Shown in pieces: positions 43,245-57,400 of a stretch of DNA of 64,000 bases. The stretch covers positions 4,197,929 through 4,261,928 of the forward strand of contig OZ037769.1 of NCBI GenBank assembly GCA_964035545.1, in the 5' to 3' direction. Positions within the stretch are counted from its first letter, which is position 1; every line of letters starts with the position of its first letter. Below the pieces are notes generated by a model, which did not search any database, had not been told where the DNA came from, and was given only the letters and a program-made list of their open reading frames with translations. Source of the DNA: Bugula neritina. Lineage: Eukaryota; Animalia; Bryozoa. The translations under genes and the position numbers were made by a program.

Positions 43245-46199
43245 GATCCATTAAAATAGAACTAATAAAGCCAACGACGTTAATGGTATTTCTAACTAAA
43301 CATGGCATGTCTCGTCTGGCAGTGGGTATGTGGAGGGCCAGGCAACCTACGGCCGTCAACCCGTTAATGGCACAACTAGAAGAAGATACTCAAGAGAAGA
43401 CAACAAAGTTGTCATGAAATGCTGCTTCAAAAGTACACCCAAACTGAGAGGTTATAGAAAAACAATGTATGAGCTCTGTAGACCCGGATCAAAGAATTAT
43501 TTAAAAAGAATGTGCAAACGCTGGAAAACAGAGGAGAGTTTAACATCAGCGAATAGAGACTAGCGGATTAAGCAAGAACTATGAAGAAACACAAGCATTT
43601 TATGGAAGAAGAACTCCATAAGATTGAAGAAGGAACCTTGCAAGAACTAGGCACATCAATTGGTGAAGAAGATAGTGAAGAGCTAAATTTGCAAATAGAG
43701 GATGTTATAGTACAACATGAGATAGCATATAAATCAGCCATGAGAATTTTAAGAGTACCTAGTTCAGAGGTAGAAAAAGTGTTAGTAGAAAAATTATAAA
43801 TGAGCATAACAAACTATCTAATGATCGACCAACACTAAGAGCCCTTAGGCACATTGAGAGGGTCAAATTACTACAGGCAGTAAAACAGATTAATGATGTG
43901 CTAAACTGTGTTGAGATTATTAATACCATTGAGCTTAATAACACCACCATGGCTTGTGCGAAAAATAGTAACAGAACAAGTGTGTAACAAAAAGGGAAAA
44001 GAAAAACTGACAATGTACAAGTATGGAAAATACGACTGCAGAAGAAATAAAAAGAAATTAGATCAGACTTAAGTAAAATAGCAGAGTGAAAAAGTAGAGC
44101 TTACAATGATTCATTGAGAATGGTTGAAGAAAAATATAGGATAAAGAACAAAGAGTGTGGTGTAGTGATTGAAAAACTGAAGCAAAACCTGAGAGCTGTA
44201 AGCCAGAAGATAAACAGATATACAGAATGAGTTGATCAATATAATCAGAACACAATGTTTACAATGATAAGCCTTTTATCAAGAATTACGAGGAAATAAA
44301 TGTACATCTAAAGAGGCACCTGACAAGGAAATCAAAAGCATTCTGATAAAATATATAGGGTCAGCCAACTAAAAATAATACCAATGCAGAATGACTAAAT
44401 AAAGTTAGCAACAAATTGGAGCATATGTAAAGACAAGGAAATTAGATCTTAGAAACGATGCAAACAACTGGAATAGCAATTAATGTCATAAGGTTGATAA
44501 GAAAAAGCATGAAACCTGGAAAACACAACTGAAATACCTGGAAGAAAAGATAGGAGAAATAAAGATCAAACTAAGAATTTTCCAAGGAGACTCTTTATCT
44601 CTATCCCTTTTCTCCAACTACCGATTCGCATGACAGAAGCGGCTCAATGATGCAAATTTCGACGAGACAGAAAACAAACCATCTCCTATATATGTGGATG
44701 ACCTGAAGGTAAATAGGAAATCAAAGTGGAAACTGGAAGCTTTGGTAAACACTGCCGGGATCTTCACAAGGAATATAGAAATGAAATTTGGATTAAAAAA
44801 TGTGCCACACTGGTTATGAGAAAGGGAAAGAAAATTAAGGACACAGGAATCAGTTTGCCTGATGAACAGGTAATCAAAGATCTGGGTGAGAAGCCGTATA
44901 AATATCTAGGAGTTCTTGAGATTGATGGAATACAAATATATGAAATGAAAAATAAGATCAAGGAGTACTACAAACAAATAAGAAAAGTTCTGGATTCAAA
45001 ACTGAATGGTGAGAACACAATCAAAGCAATAAACACATGGGCAGTAACAGCAGTGCATTACACAGCTAGAATACTTGACTGAACTGTTTCATGAGCTAAA
45101 AAATATAGACTGAAAGACAAGGAAGCTAATGACAACAAACCGTGCACCCTATCCGAGAGCAGATGTAGGCAGGCTGTAGTTTAGCAGAAGGGAAGGCGGT
45201 AGAAGAATGTTGTCAACTGAAAAATGCATAAAGATTGAAAACTGCAGCATGTCAGACTACATAAATATAACATAGACTGATAGAAACACCACACTGAATA
45301 CCTTCCTAAAAGACAGAACAGCGGTAGAACTAAATAATGATAAAGTGATAGAAAGAACTGATGAGTGTAAAGAAAAGCTTCACGTGGTCAATACATCAAA
45401 ATGGTGGAAGACATGAAAGCATTTTCCTGGAACTGGTTGAAGTATGGTTGGCTGAAAAAGGAAACAGAAGGACTGCTGACAGCTGCGCAAAATCAACTAT
45501 TCACTACTAGAAATTATAAAGTGGCTATGATGAGAGAACAGGGTAGCAAGAAGTGTGGAATGTGTAACGCAAGAGACAAAACTTCGATGCACGTATTGAG
45601 TGAGTTTGAGAAGGTAGCAGAAGGAGAATATAAGAAAAAACACAACCTTTTGGCATTGATAATTTCAATAGTAGTTGTGTGAACTTCGTGGGTTTCAGAA
45701 AAGTAAGAATTGGTACGGCCATCAAGCAGAATAAGTACTGGAAAATGATAATGTGAAAACCTTGTAAGATTTTAACATACACACTGACGTAGTCATCAAA
45801 GTTAGGAGACCTGATATATTAGTAGTTGACAAGCATAATGCTGAAACAACGATAATTGATATCACAGTCCCTGTTAACTACAGAGTAAAAGAAAAAAATT
45901 CGAAAAGTTAGGAAAATATCAGAATTTAGCACTAGAATAAACCCGCCTTTGGAAAACATCAAAAAAGTCATCCCGTTGTAACTGGAGCCTTTGGAGCTTT
46001 ATACAAGATTGTAGACTGGCTGACACTACTTGGAGTAGCTGAAAACAAATGCTCATTAATTCAGCAGACACCCTTACTAGGATCAGGATAAGCTCACATC
46101 CTGAGGAAAGTTCTATCCATTTCAGCCTAGTATAACTAGGCCAATGGTAAAAGGTTACACCAGCTAAAAAACTACGGTCAATCAACAATAATAATAATA
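43245..46199 (+). mobile_element. R4/Dong-like non-LTR retrotransposon (RT plus restriction-like endonuclease), decayed and internally deleted
   Basis: N-terminus RRRYSREDNKVVMKC..RGYRK; RT motifs IFQGDSLS (about 44577-44600) and a Y-x-DDLK-like motif (about 44690-44709); KCATL; YKYLGV; KAINTWAV; KETEGLLTAAQNQ; C-x2-C..H zinc knuckle; RLE motif RRPDILVVDK..IIDITVP (about 45804). Flanked by (AAT)n on both sides. Confidence 0.88.
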
Positions 46200-49100
46200 T
46201 ACAACTATATTAGTGCAGTTGGTTCTATTATTAGATTAGCATATCGATTATGACTTTTCGATTGCCACCCTGATACTATGAGTAAAATGTACAAGCATAC
46301 GTGAAAGTATAGATATGATCATAAGTATAAAAATAGGTATAAGTATAAATATAAATATAGGTACAAGTATAAAACGAGTGATTATATTATTAATAATATT
46401 AGTCAGTGATACCTATAACCGTAATGGTTTTTAGACTTACAGTTATCATTAACATTAGCTGAGTAATATGATTAGTTAAAATAATGGTATTCATTATTAT
46501 ATCATAGTTATAAGTTATAACTCTAGTCTCTAAAGAGCAACAGCAAGTGTAATTGGGATATTCATATTAAATTTCATATTCACATAGTGAAATGTTTATG
46601 TTATGAACTAATTTATTCCTTCAACATTTAACTATAAATATGATTAACACTAACTTTGACCAGCAGTATTACTAAAAGAAGCGTATTACAAATATAAGAT
46701 AATAAAATTCTAGTAGTAGGACTAATAGTATTACTAGGTCCAGTATTATTCTTGTTATCTTATTCATCATTCATGAGTTATCAAATTTAAAATTACTACT
46801 TATTAGCATCAGCATATAAAAAGTAAGATCATTAGGAATAATTATCATGAGGTATGATCTATGATTTGCATTATCCATATATAGTTTAATATCAATATGA
46901 TATATTATTATTGCTGATAGTCTATGTTATAGTTAAATTTATACTTATCTTTACAGTTACCTATAGTAGCACTTATTAGTTATTTGTGGTAGCCAAACTA
47001 ATGTTTAATATTAATAAATTAAACTGAGTATCATAAAAGTGTTACTAAGAATTTTAATTATAATCGTAATGGTGATCATATTACTTTATTATAATTATTA
47101 TATTTTATCATTAATGCTAAACTGAGTTAATGTATATACTTTGAGTTTTACTATTACTCATTATATTTACACTTATAGTAAAACTAAATATGTAAAAGTT
47201 ATACTTATACTATTATTATTCGTATTTCATTAGACTTACATCTAAGATCGCAGTCCTATTACTACTACCACTGATACTAGTACTACAACTAGTACTAGTA
47301 CTGCTACTAGTACTACTACTACTACTACTAATAGTACTGTTACTACTACTACTACTAGTAGTAGTACTACTACTAGGTCTACTACTGTACCAGTACAACT
47401 ACAAACTTTGAAAATAACTGCAAGAAAGGTATGACTTACTCTTTTTCTTAGTCTTGCTGTGACTCTCAGTCGTAATGTAAAATAAAATTGTGAACTGTAA
47501 AGTTAAACTCAAGGCTGAAATTTATTTAATTAAATTTAGACAATCTGAATCATTGGCTCAATCCTTGAGTTTGACTATTACTATTATTATTAGTGTTACG
47601 ATTGTGATTATCATTGGGCATTGGCATTATGCCATTATCATTATGATTGTAATTGTGGTAATTCTAACATTAATTATAATCATAAATTAAAAGGTAATGA
47701 TTAATGATAATTATTTTCATTTTGTAATCATAATGATAATCATAATGATGTAAATTTTGATGTAAAACCGAAATACTAAAACTAAAAGTAAAAGTTATAA
47801 AATTAAATGATAAAATATCATAATGATAATTATTATATTTATTATATTATTATTGAATATATTATTTCATTAGAAAATAGGTTGCAGCTTAGCATGATTA
47901 AAATTCAGTAAAAATTAGTTTACCAACAGCAAACATGCATGCGTCTTGTCAACATTCAATTCGTAGTGCCATAGCGAAGCCAGATTACTGGTAGTACGAC
48001 TACTAGAACTACTACTACTAGTGATGGATTACAGATCCTTGGCGATTTTAGCTGTGAGTGACCTTCACCTCACATTCTCGTCATGTGCGCGGCATTAGAC
48101 TAAGTAGAGGGTATGAAGCACTGAGCTGGAAAAGAAAGAATATATTTTAATTATAGGTAATACTAATAGTAATATAATTTATGGTAATATATAGGTAATA
48201 TTATTGAGTTCATTGGTATGGAGTATAGACCTATCACTGATAGTATCAGTATCAACTACCACTTACGTACTACTTCAACTTATAACTTACCTTCAACTCA
48301 AACTCAAACTGAAACTGTTTGGAATCATTTGTCTTTGATCATATTGGCATTGTCATTGTGATTGTAATAACTATTAATATTTTTAGTTCAACATCAATGC
48401 CGAACATATTGTAATAACTAATAAGATAATCATAAGGTTGATATATTTTGCTAATACTAATACTAATACTAATAGTTATAGTAATAGTTATAGTAATTCA
48501 GTGTCACTCTCACTCTGGTGGAGTGAGACTCAGACTTAGAGTTAGAGACAGAGTGAGTCCGAGTAAGTCTGAGTGTTGGTAATAGTAATAGTCATATAAA
48601 TTTAAATTATATTTACTTATTTCTAGCAATCACAATGGCAATAGTTATAGTAACTTTCACTTACTCTTAAATCATTGAACCTGAACTAAAAGTAAAATTT
48701 AGCATTATGATTATGATTATCATTATGATTATACCTATGATTTTATTATGTTTAAATTAAAAATCAATATCATGATAATATCATAGTGATAGACATATTA
48801 TTGATAAATGATAATATAAAAGTAATTTGATAAATTATACATTGATTTTGAATTAAGGTGATACTCATACTAGATCGGTACTGAAAGTGATAGTAATACT
48901 AATAGTAATAGTAATAGTCATATAAATTTAAGTTATATTTACTCATTACCGGCAATCACAATGGCAATAGTAACTTAAACTGTAACAGTAATGGTATGGG
49001 TATGTTTGAAATTGTCACTATCAATATTGCTATGAATCAAAATATAATGCTATCATACCAATAATTTAAAATAGTATTACAAAGCTTCAGTAGCAACTTT

Positions 49101-50900
49101 TACTTGTACCAGTTTGGAATTTTGAATTATACATATTCTTAGTTGAAGTCTTCAAGTTTATTGTCAAAATGAACTTGAAATTAAAGACTTAGTAGTAAAA
49201 ATTAAACTAAGACTGACTGTAAGTGACTAAGATTAAAAATAAGTAATTTTAAATATCGATTTAGTATTTTTCTTACTCTTTGTCTTAAAATTGACTTTTA
49301 TTTTGCACCTACTCCTGGTCAATGATTCTTTTTTCTATTTATATTACTATTGCTATTAGTATAATTGACTTAAATTTAATAATAGATATGATTATATCTT
49401 TATAAATGTGATATATTTGATTTTATGAATAGTAATTCGAAAACTCTTTGGTATTATTTATTTTTGATCATTGTAGTTATTATCATTATATTTGTATAAT
49501 AATTATGATTATCAAATTCAATATCGATATTTGTATTATGGTATGGATATCTGCCTCCATCCCATGTTCTGTTTTGCAGTGCCTTTTTACATTCACGTCT
49601 AGGTTCACATTGCGATGGTCATACTGATAGCACTTGGGGACAGTGATGAGCATAATGATTATCACTAATATTAAGATTATCGTTATTAGGATTTAGAATA
49701 ATTTAATAAACAAGCAACTTAAAACAAATGTTTTTACTAATATACATATTAATTACTAATATAAATATACTACCATGAATATTATAATTATTATACTTTA
49801 CAATTCAAAGTAAGATAATCATAATACGAACTGGTAAAACTAAATATAAAGTAAATGTAATAATACTAATAGTAGTTATCCATTCCCCTTTGGTTTCACA
49901 TACTAATAATTGGAAACCTCTGTCCTAATATTATTTCTATTAATATTGCTCAAAGTTTGATCCCTGTTTAATTTTATAGTTCACTCACCAGCTACATAAT
50001 TTTATTAAAATACATGTGGTATTGGTTATAGTACTAGTGAAACTTGAAGTTGAATAGCATGCTTATTACTCACTGCTCTTTGCTTACATTATTAGGGTTA
50101 CTCTTTAGTCTTAGAGATACCCTAACATAAACTTGAAAGCTGGAGGTAGTACTAGTCTAGTGCTGTGTTAATCCTACACTGTTTACTTATCAACACTGTG
50201 ACTATAATTATGACTCCTAAGTCAAAGTCATTTTCATATAGTAGTAATCACTATGACAGACTGAAAGTCAGGAAGACTAAATATAATGGTAAAGTGTGTA
50301 AGAATAAATCATACTTAATCAATTACTTTTAGTTTTGTTACCAGTGTTGGGTCAACTTTCAGAATAAAGAATAAATATAATTATAAAGATAAATGGATAA
50401 AAATTCCAATCATGGTTTAATGTGCCTATTTTAAGCTGTTAATTTAATTACTATAATATAAGTGCTCAAAATACAACTTTTGATTTTCATAATTATGTTT
50501 TAATTTAATACAGATACCATAGTATCATATACAGTAGAATCAGTTGTATCTTATTTAATAATGAAGTAACTTATTGGAGCTTTCACAGTTATTAATTATT
50601 CACTTGTTAGTCTTTGAACTGGGACAATGTTTGAAACTTGAAGTAGAATGAAGTTTGATTTCAGTTACCGCAATGGTATCTGCAGTCACAATAGGAATAC
50701 GCATATAACTATGTTTATATTTGTGAAAAATATATAGTCAAAACTAGATAAGGTAATAGTAATTATAATTGGTTTCACTTTTAATATATTCCTATAAACT
50801 GGAAAATAGACAGAAGCATTTAATCATGAAAGTAAACCTAGTGGAAGTAAATCAATTCACTAAGTATAGTAAAATATTTACTATTCAGTAAGTTTATTTA
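46200..50900. repeat. Second hexamer-periodic tract with an (ACT)n-like array (about 47257-47400) and a GC-richer island (about 47930-48130)
   Basis: Same texture as 1-3750; internal direct repeat of about 65 bp at about 48580 and 48907. Confidence 0.7.
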
Positions 50901-51949
50901 CTTTAGTTAATTGTACTTGATTATTTCTGTCGGTTTTCAGTTGATTTTTCTACCTTTTGCTATAGCATATCAAACTACCACAAAGTCATGCTTCCGTATT
51001 ACAATTATAAACATAGTGTTACTGTGTAATGTTATAGTAATGTAATAGTAATATTTGGATCATTGTAAGTATTTCTGTTGTTGTACTGATTGATAAATAT
51101 TTTTTAGCTTGCATGGATATTTGCAACGATCAAGATGTCATTTGAACCTGGACTGGAATAAAGATGGCAAATCGAGAAGCTAGCTACAATTATTCTGCAG
51201 AAAGAAACTTGGTAAGCAAAAATAAGCTGCAGCATTAAGCAGTAAGCAATATTACGATGAACTTTGCTTGATTTTGATTGACCTTAAAATATCTGGTCAC
51301 CTTTCACCAACGTGGTCCTGCGCGGGTGGCGGGTGACCTTAAAATGTCTGTTGCACGTAAAATAAATTTTGTGACAGTCAAAAGTATGCTGATCTTTTTC
51401 GTATTTCAGTGCATCGGTGTCTTAGCTTAAGAGCTGAACCCAACAATTATGATCTAAAGCTGTTTTTTACTAGAAAGTGATTTTACTGTCTTTCTGATTA
51501 TTCTTGGTTTTTCAGCTTGATGAATTGAATAAATGGATTTGATTTCGGGTATTATGTAATGGATGAAAGAAATTTTTCTTAAATTTGTACTGAGCAATTT
51601 TTGCTATTGCTATGATGTTTAGTGATAAAATTGCACCCTTAATAACCCTGAAAACTTTCATTACTAGCATTTGTTTATGTTCATTTTTAGGAAATTAAAA
51701 TGAAGACACAACTCACCGATGCTATCTCACTGTGCCTGCATGCAGTTTATCTAAAAAGGTACTCCTATTAGCTGGCTCTTGCCCAATACCTGGTTGTCTC
51801 TGTAACTATTTTTTGCTCGCAGATGAGTTTTTTGAACTTGACATTTTATTGATTTTGAAAGTTATAGTGAGCTTTGAACTTGCTAGCATCGTTTTTAAAG
51901 ACTTGCTGCAGTTTTTATCAACATTTTTTAAGTCAATGGTGTTAGTTTG

Positions 51950-52241
51950 GAAGCTCTCTCACTCCTCTCTCTGTCTCTTTCTCCCACACCTTCCACTCAA
52001 CCTCTCTCTCTTTCTCTCCCTCTCTCCCACCCTCCCTCTCTCCTACCCTCTGTCTCTCCTACCTTCTCTCTCTCTCCCACTCTCCGTCTCTCCCACCTTC
52101 TCTCTCTCCTAACCTTTCTCTCTTCCCTTTTCCACTATCTCTCTGACTCTCTCCCTTTCTCTCTTCTACCCCATCTCTCTTCCATCCTCTCTCCTAACCT
52201 TTCTCTCCCACCCCCCCCTCTCCCACTCTCTTTCTCTCTCT
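51950..52241. repeat. CT-rich polypyrimidine tract
   Basis: Nearly all C/T on the + strand; explains the Leu/Ser/Pro-rich ORFs. Confidence 0.95.
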
Positions 52242-52495
52242 AGTTTGCATGGCTTTACCCAATTTTGGTTTATTTTTTTATTTTGTTTCAGAGTATCCAA
52301 AAGGAAAGCTAAAATTTATTTAATATATATTATACCAACTTGAGCTTTACATATAATATCAAATAAATGCTGTGTTTTGTTAAAACAATGTTTGCAACTT
52401 TGTAGTATATGGCTCAGTCCACTTTATTTAGTACAAACACAAAAAAAAATAGTGAAAATTATATTTGAGTCTATATTTTTTTTAAACAGCCTACA

Positions 52496-52890
52496 TGGGG
52501 TATTTTTACCTGCTGAATCTGAATATGCAAGTTAAATTTTGATTAGAGGGGGTCAAGCATGACTGACGCAACGTAATGAAAAGACACAATATTGTTGTTG
52601 ATGCCTTATATTTTATACCTTTTGTCGGGAAGTTTACTTTTCAGCTTGATAGGGGTTATTTTTTATGCTGAATTCAAATATACTACTAATTTTCAATTGA
52701 ATGGGGGTCAGTCATATGCATGACGTAACGTAATTAATTAAATATTTAGGTTTTTTTATGTCATATATTCTTGTATTTAAGTATGGAAATGCACAGAATT
52801 ACATCCTGTTAAGGTGTTTGGATTTGCTGTACCCTAATATGTAGGGTTATTTACCATGGGGGTCTTTCATATGCATGACGCAACGTCGCT
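52496..52890. repeat. Three spaced copies of a motif pair (GGGGTWWTTTT..TGCTGAAT and GGGGGTC..GCATGACGYAACGT)
   Basis: Copies at about 52496-52577, 52651-52734 and 52843-52886; the third lacks the TGCTGAAT part. Confidence 0.7.
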
Positions 52891-54094
52891 GTCGCAAGAT
52901 AAAGAAGAGCTTCATGAAACTTGAATGACCTCATATAAGACTGTGATTTTAAAATGTTTAATTTCATGCTTTGATTAAAAGCATGCGAGCATCTTGTCAT
53001 ATTTTGTTGTTGGTATAAGCACAACTGGAATTTTCGCAAAAGTACCATTTCCGCACCACCTTAGGGGTAGGCACAAAGGCGCGTTACCTTTTTTTCAAGT
53101 GGAAGGTTCACCAGGAGCCCTATTGTAACCACTAAAAATAAACTTTATTTCAATATAAAATAAACAATAAATGAACAAACTAAATCAGTGTTTCTTGCAC
53201 TACAGAACATCCCATGGATCATCAAACTCTGCCAACACATCATCCAACTCACTGTCACTGCATTCACTGTCTGCACTGAAAATCTCAGGATTAGCCAAAA
53301 TAATCTACAATCATACAAAAAGTAATTTATTTTTTTGCACAAAAGCAATATAAACAAGCCTAAAAACAGTACTTACCTCGATATTCTCTCAGGTATTGCG
53401 CTTTTGAAATAGCAGCAGATCTAGTTTTAGGACCCATTTTAAAGGCTGAAATTATAGTATAAAGTATACAGTCACTGATGAACTATGTTATACTACAAAG
53501 AAATTCTAGCAAAGTGATGGCGCACTACCTTAGTTAGTAGTTTAACATATTACTCATGGATATTTTAAATTTAAATTTCAATTAAAATCTACCAAGATTT
53601 TATAATACTATAATAAAATATTCTAAGTTTTATAGTTGGTTGCTGATAGTTGTCAGTAATTGAGATTACATTCAAATTCTAATCGAAATGACATTTTTTT
53701 ATATTTGCATCCTAATACATCATATTACAATTTTAATTTGACAAATAACTATGAGCAAGCTTTTATTTTTTCACAATCACATTTGAAGTATAACCAAACT
53801 GAGTTAGAAAAAAAATAAAATAAAGTATTAGTTTCAGCACAATACTCATGACAGATCAAATTTCGAACACATGAAAATACAAAACCGTGTTGTTTCAAAC
53901 TTCATTAGAAAAATATCAAGTGAGTGATATAGTAAAATAATCATTAATAACAAAGTCAAATCTAAAATCATAATTATTCAATAAGATAGTTAATATAATT
54001 TATAGTTATTAGTTTGCGCTTAATATTGACAGTCTTCAAGTATATTAAATAATTATACCAATACAAATACAAAGCTGAAAGTAAGTGTCATTGC

Positions 54095-54420
54095 ACATTT
54101 TCGGGGTTAAAAACTAAAATAATGTGACTAACAATTATCATTGACTAATTCTAATCACATTCGTATTGATATTTGAAGTACAGCTCAATTAAACAAAAAC
54201 TGAAAAAAATATACTAAATTCAAGCGAGTTACTTGAAACTTTTATATTAATATTATTATTGTTGTAGGATTAAAAACTAAAAGAAGGTGGCTAACAATTT
54301 ACATTGATTATTTCTAATCAAATTCATATTGCTATTTAAAGTACGACTCAATTAAATAAAACTTGCAAAATATACTATATATTAGATAAAAACTGCAAAA
54401 TATACTAAATTCAAAAGAAT
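54095..54420. repeat. Degenerate tandem duplication of about 165 bp
   Basis: TTAAAACTAAAA..CTAACAATT..TTCTAATCA..AAGTAC..CTCAATTAAA..AAAATATACTAAATTCAA occurs twice. Confidence 0.8.
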
Positions 54421-57400
54421 TACCTATAAAACATTTATTCTATGATGATATATAATTTTATTGAATTTGTATGTAATTATAATATTTAGAATAATATTCA
54501 TATTGTTGACAAAATGAAAGTGAATAAACTCGAAATTACAACAATTACCAGCAATACTCTAACTCGTACTGATAAAATCATTAGTTATTATTGATTATCA
54601 GTTATATCAATTATTATAACATATCAAAACTCCCATAATAATAGTTATACTTCTAGTTATAATGAGTATAAATACTACTACAACTACTACCAGTGCTCGT
54701 GCTTGCAGCTATATCTTCCCATTAATTTCATATTCACAATGACTCTAAATTTTGTAATAAGCCCAATAGTGTAATAATTTGCTACTTACCAACAATGATC
54801 AAAAGTTATCCCACAGCAAACACAATATTGGTTGAAAAGAAGTAAACTTATATATCAAAACTTTCTTATTAAGAAGTTTAAGCAGCAGAACGAAACGATA
54901 TTTCATCAAGTTAGAATTAATATTTCGCGGGCTATTGACAAGACTAATTCCGAAAAAAAATTAAAGAGCAAATTCAATTGATAAAATTGAATAAGTTTTA
55001 TTTTTTTATAATAAGACAAGTATTTTTCAAAATATTTCTTTGAAATATTAATAAAATTAAAAAACAAATCAACATCGGCCATTTTATTTGAGATATTTCT
55101 TTGAAAATAGGAAAGCATTTCGAAAATAAATTTAGTTATAGACGGACAACTCCGCAAGCATGTAATCAGTAATGGCGTGAGTAAGTACGATGCAGTTCGA
55201 TTAGGTAAGAAATTTGACGCTTGTGTTACTTAAAACATCATTTCTAAACTAAATCTGTACGTGACCCCTGCAAATAAAACATCATTGTGAAGATAAAATA
55301 TTTTTCTTTCGTTATATGTAAATAAAATATAACTTGATTTAGAATTGTAAAACTTATAAATCCTGAAAGATGTCAAAACCACTAATTTTGAATTGTCTTA
55401 TATAGGAAATTAGCTAAAAAAACGAACTTTTTAATGAGTTTATACAATATTGTACTGTTGTTCCCAGCCAAATATGAAAAGTTTATTAATTTTGAGATAG
55501 TTTTACATTAATTAAAATCATTTTGAGTCTGTATAGTCAATCACAAACATGTAAAAACAGGCAATATATAAACTGACAAACTCAAATTCAGTTTGTACTA
55601 AATAAACTGGACTGTGCCATATTCAAATTCATAATTTATTTGTAGAGTCACACAACAAGACACTACTCTGACACACTCACAAGTTGCCACTGATCCAGCA
55701 GTATAGATGATTGTTTTCTCCACTGGCTATGCTGTCACGCTTTACTGTTGTGGTGTTTGAAACAAACCAATTGTTTGCCTACGCAGATTAGGGTGAGAAA
55801 AAAAGTGAGAAATGAAAGCTGTTTTTAATACCAACTACACTTAGTTTTTATTGAATGAAAAACAAAGTGAAATCATTAGTTATCCGTTAAATGACTAAAT
55901 CATTGTTTATAAAGATGAAACACAAATAATCTTATAATATGCTAATGAAATTTGGCTTTCAAATAGCTTTTTTCTGTATATTTGTTGAGGAAGTTTATCT
56001 TCAACAAAACTTCGTAGCTGTTGAATATGTGGAGAGTATTTTATATTGCATAAATTTATAGAGTAAAAGGTTCTCATCAAACTTTTACAACTTAGCTCAT
56101 CGACGGTTTAAAAGTGTGAGTCACCCTTCACACTAGAGTTTTATAAAGTTTTAATGAATGTGCAGTATTTTATAAAATATTGTGTGTCTCGTAAATTTAG
56201 CTATTTCTACCTTTTCAGTGAGATTGGAGTAAACACACCTCAAAATTCACATCTGGTATCACATTGATTTATCGCAAGTCAAAGTACACCTACTAACTCT
56301 TCCTTCCTTAATACCTGCTTGCTTTTGCACTTCTACTCATTTCATATACCTAACATTTCTCTTGCAGATGAATTACATCTTTTAAGTTGTAAAAGCCTTA
56401 AATAGCATGAAATTAATGAGGTTTAAACCGTGGCCACACTAACTATTGATGCGTTTATTGATGGGTTAAATTACACGAAAATATTGTCTCTTTCTTTTTA
56501 GTTTCACCTAAAGTATTACATACTATTGATGGAGGCTTTGCTGAAGTTTTTGGGTGATGATTTGTCAATAATTTTCCAGAGAAGATGATGCCACGGTGGC
56601 TGGCATCATTATGCAGTTTCCAAATTTCTTTCGGCTTTGCTCTAGTGAAAATGTTGGAAAACAATCAACAAAAAGGTTTGTACCATAAACGAAGTTATTG
56701 TGTGCATGTTGTCAAAGCATAAAGTGTGCTGGAAATTTTTAGGTTTCTGTTGAGATGCGTTTTTGCTTTTCCTGCATGAAAAAAGTTCCAGTTTCAGTTA
56801 ATATCACTAGCGGAGTGCCCACCTATATTTTAAATCATATTGATGCATAAGTTCTTTTTGTAATATTAAAAGTATAACTTGCTTAATTGCTATTCAATGC
56901 CCTTTGAAGTTTCCAACTGTAATTAATTAGTTGATTTGGCAGCATAGTATCGATGATTGATGAAGGCAGCCGATATAATTATAAGCATAAATATCTATAT
57001 CTACATGAAGATGTCATTCCCAATGATTGTTATTCTGAAATCAGCTGATTAAGTTATCACAAACTAAACATTTTGACCAGCGGCTTGCAATGCAACTCGG
57101 TGAAATTTCAGACCTAGATAAATTGAATTTCTTACTGAAAATCGTGAAGGTATTAAAGTTTAAAGTGAAAGTTTAAAGGGTCATCTCTCTGCGAATTCTA
57201 ATAGCATGGTGCCAATTAGACTTGAAAAAATTTCAAGGCACTACAAAGCACTAAGCCCATTCTTACAAGTAGTTTCAAAGTGCACTGGAATTTCAGTTTA
57301 CTTGTCATTGTATAGAATCCTGATCTACACTATATAGCATTCACTATTGCCTGCTTCTTCTAAGCATCTATAATGTATTAACTACAGTTTGCTTTGAGAA

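Noticed and set aside
47216-47398. Ser/Thr-rich mucin-like ORF
   Set aside because: Translation of an (AGT)n-like array.
51732-52243. Leu/Ser/Pro-rich ORFs
   Set aside because: Products of the CT-rich tract.
52496-52890. CRISPR-like spaced repeats
   Set aside because: Eukaryotic context, only three degenerate copies with irregular spacing, and no cas genes.
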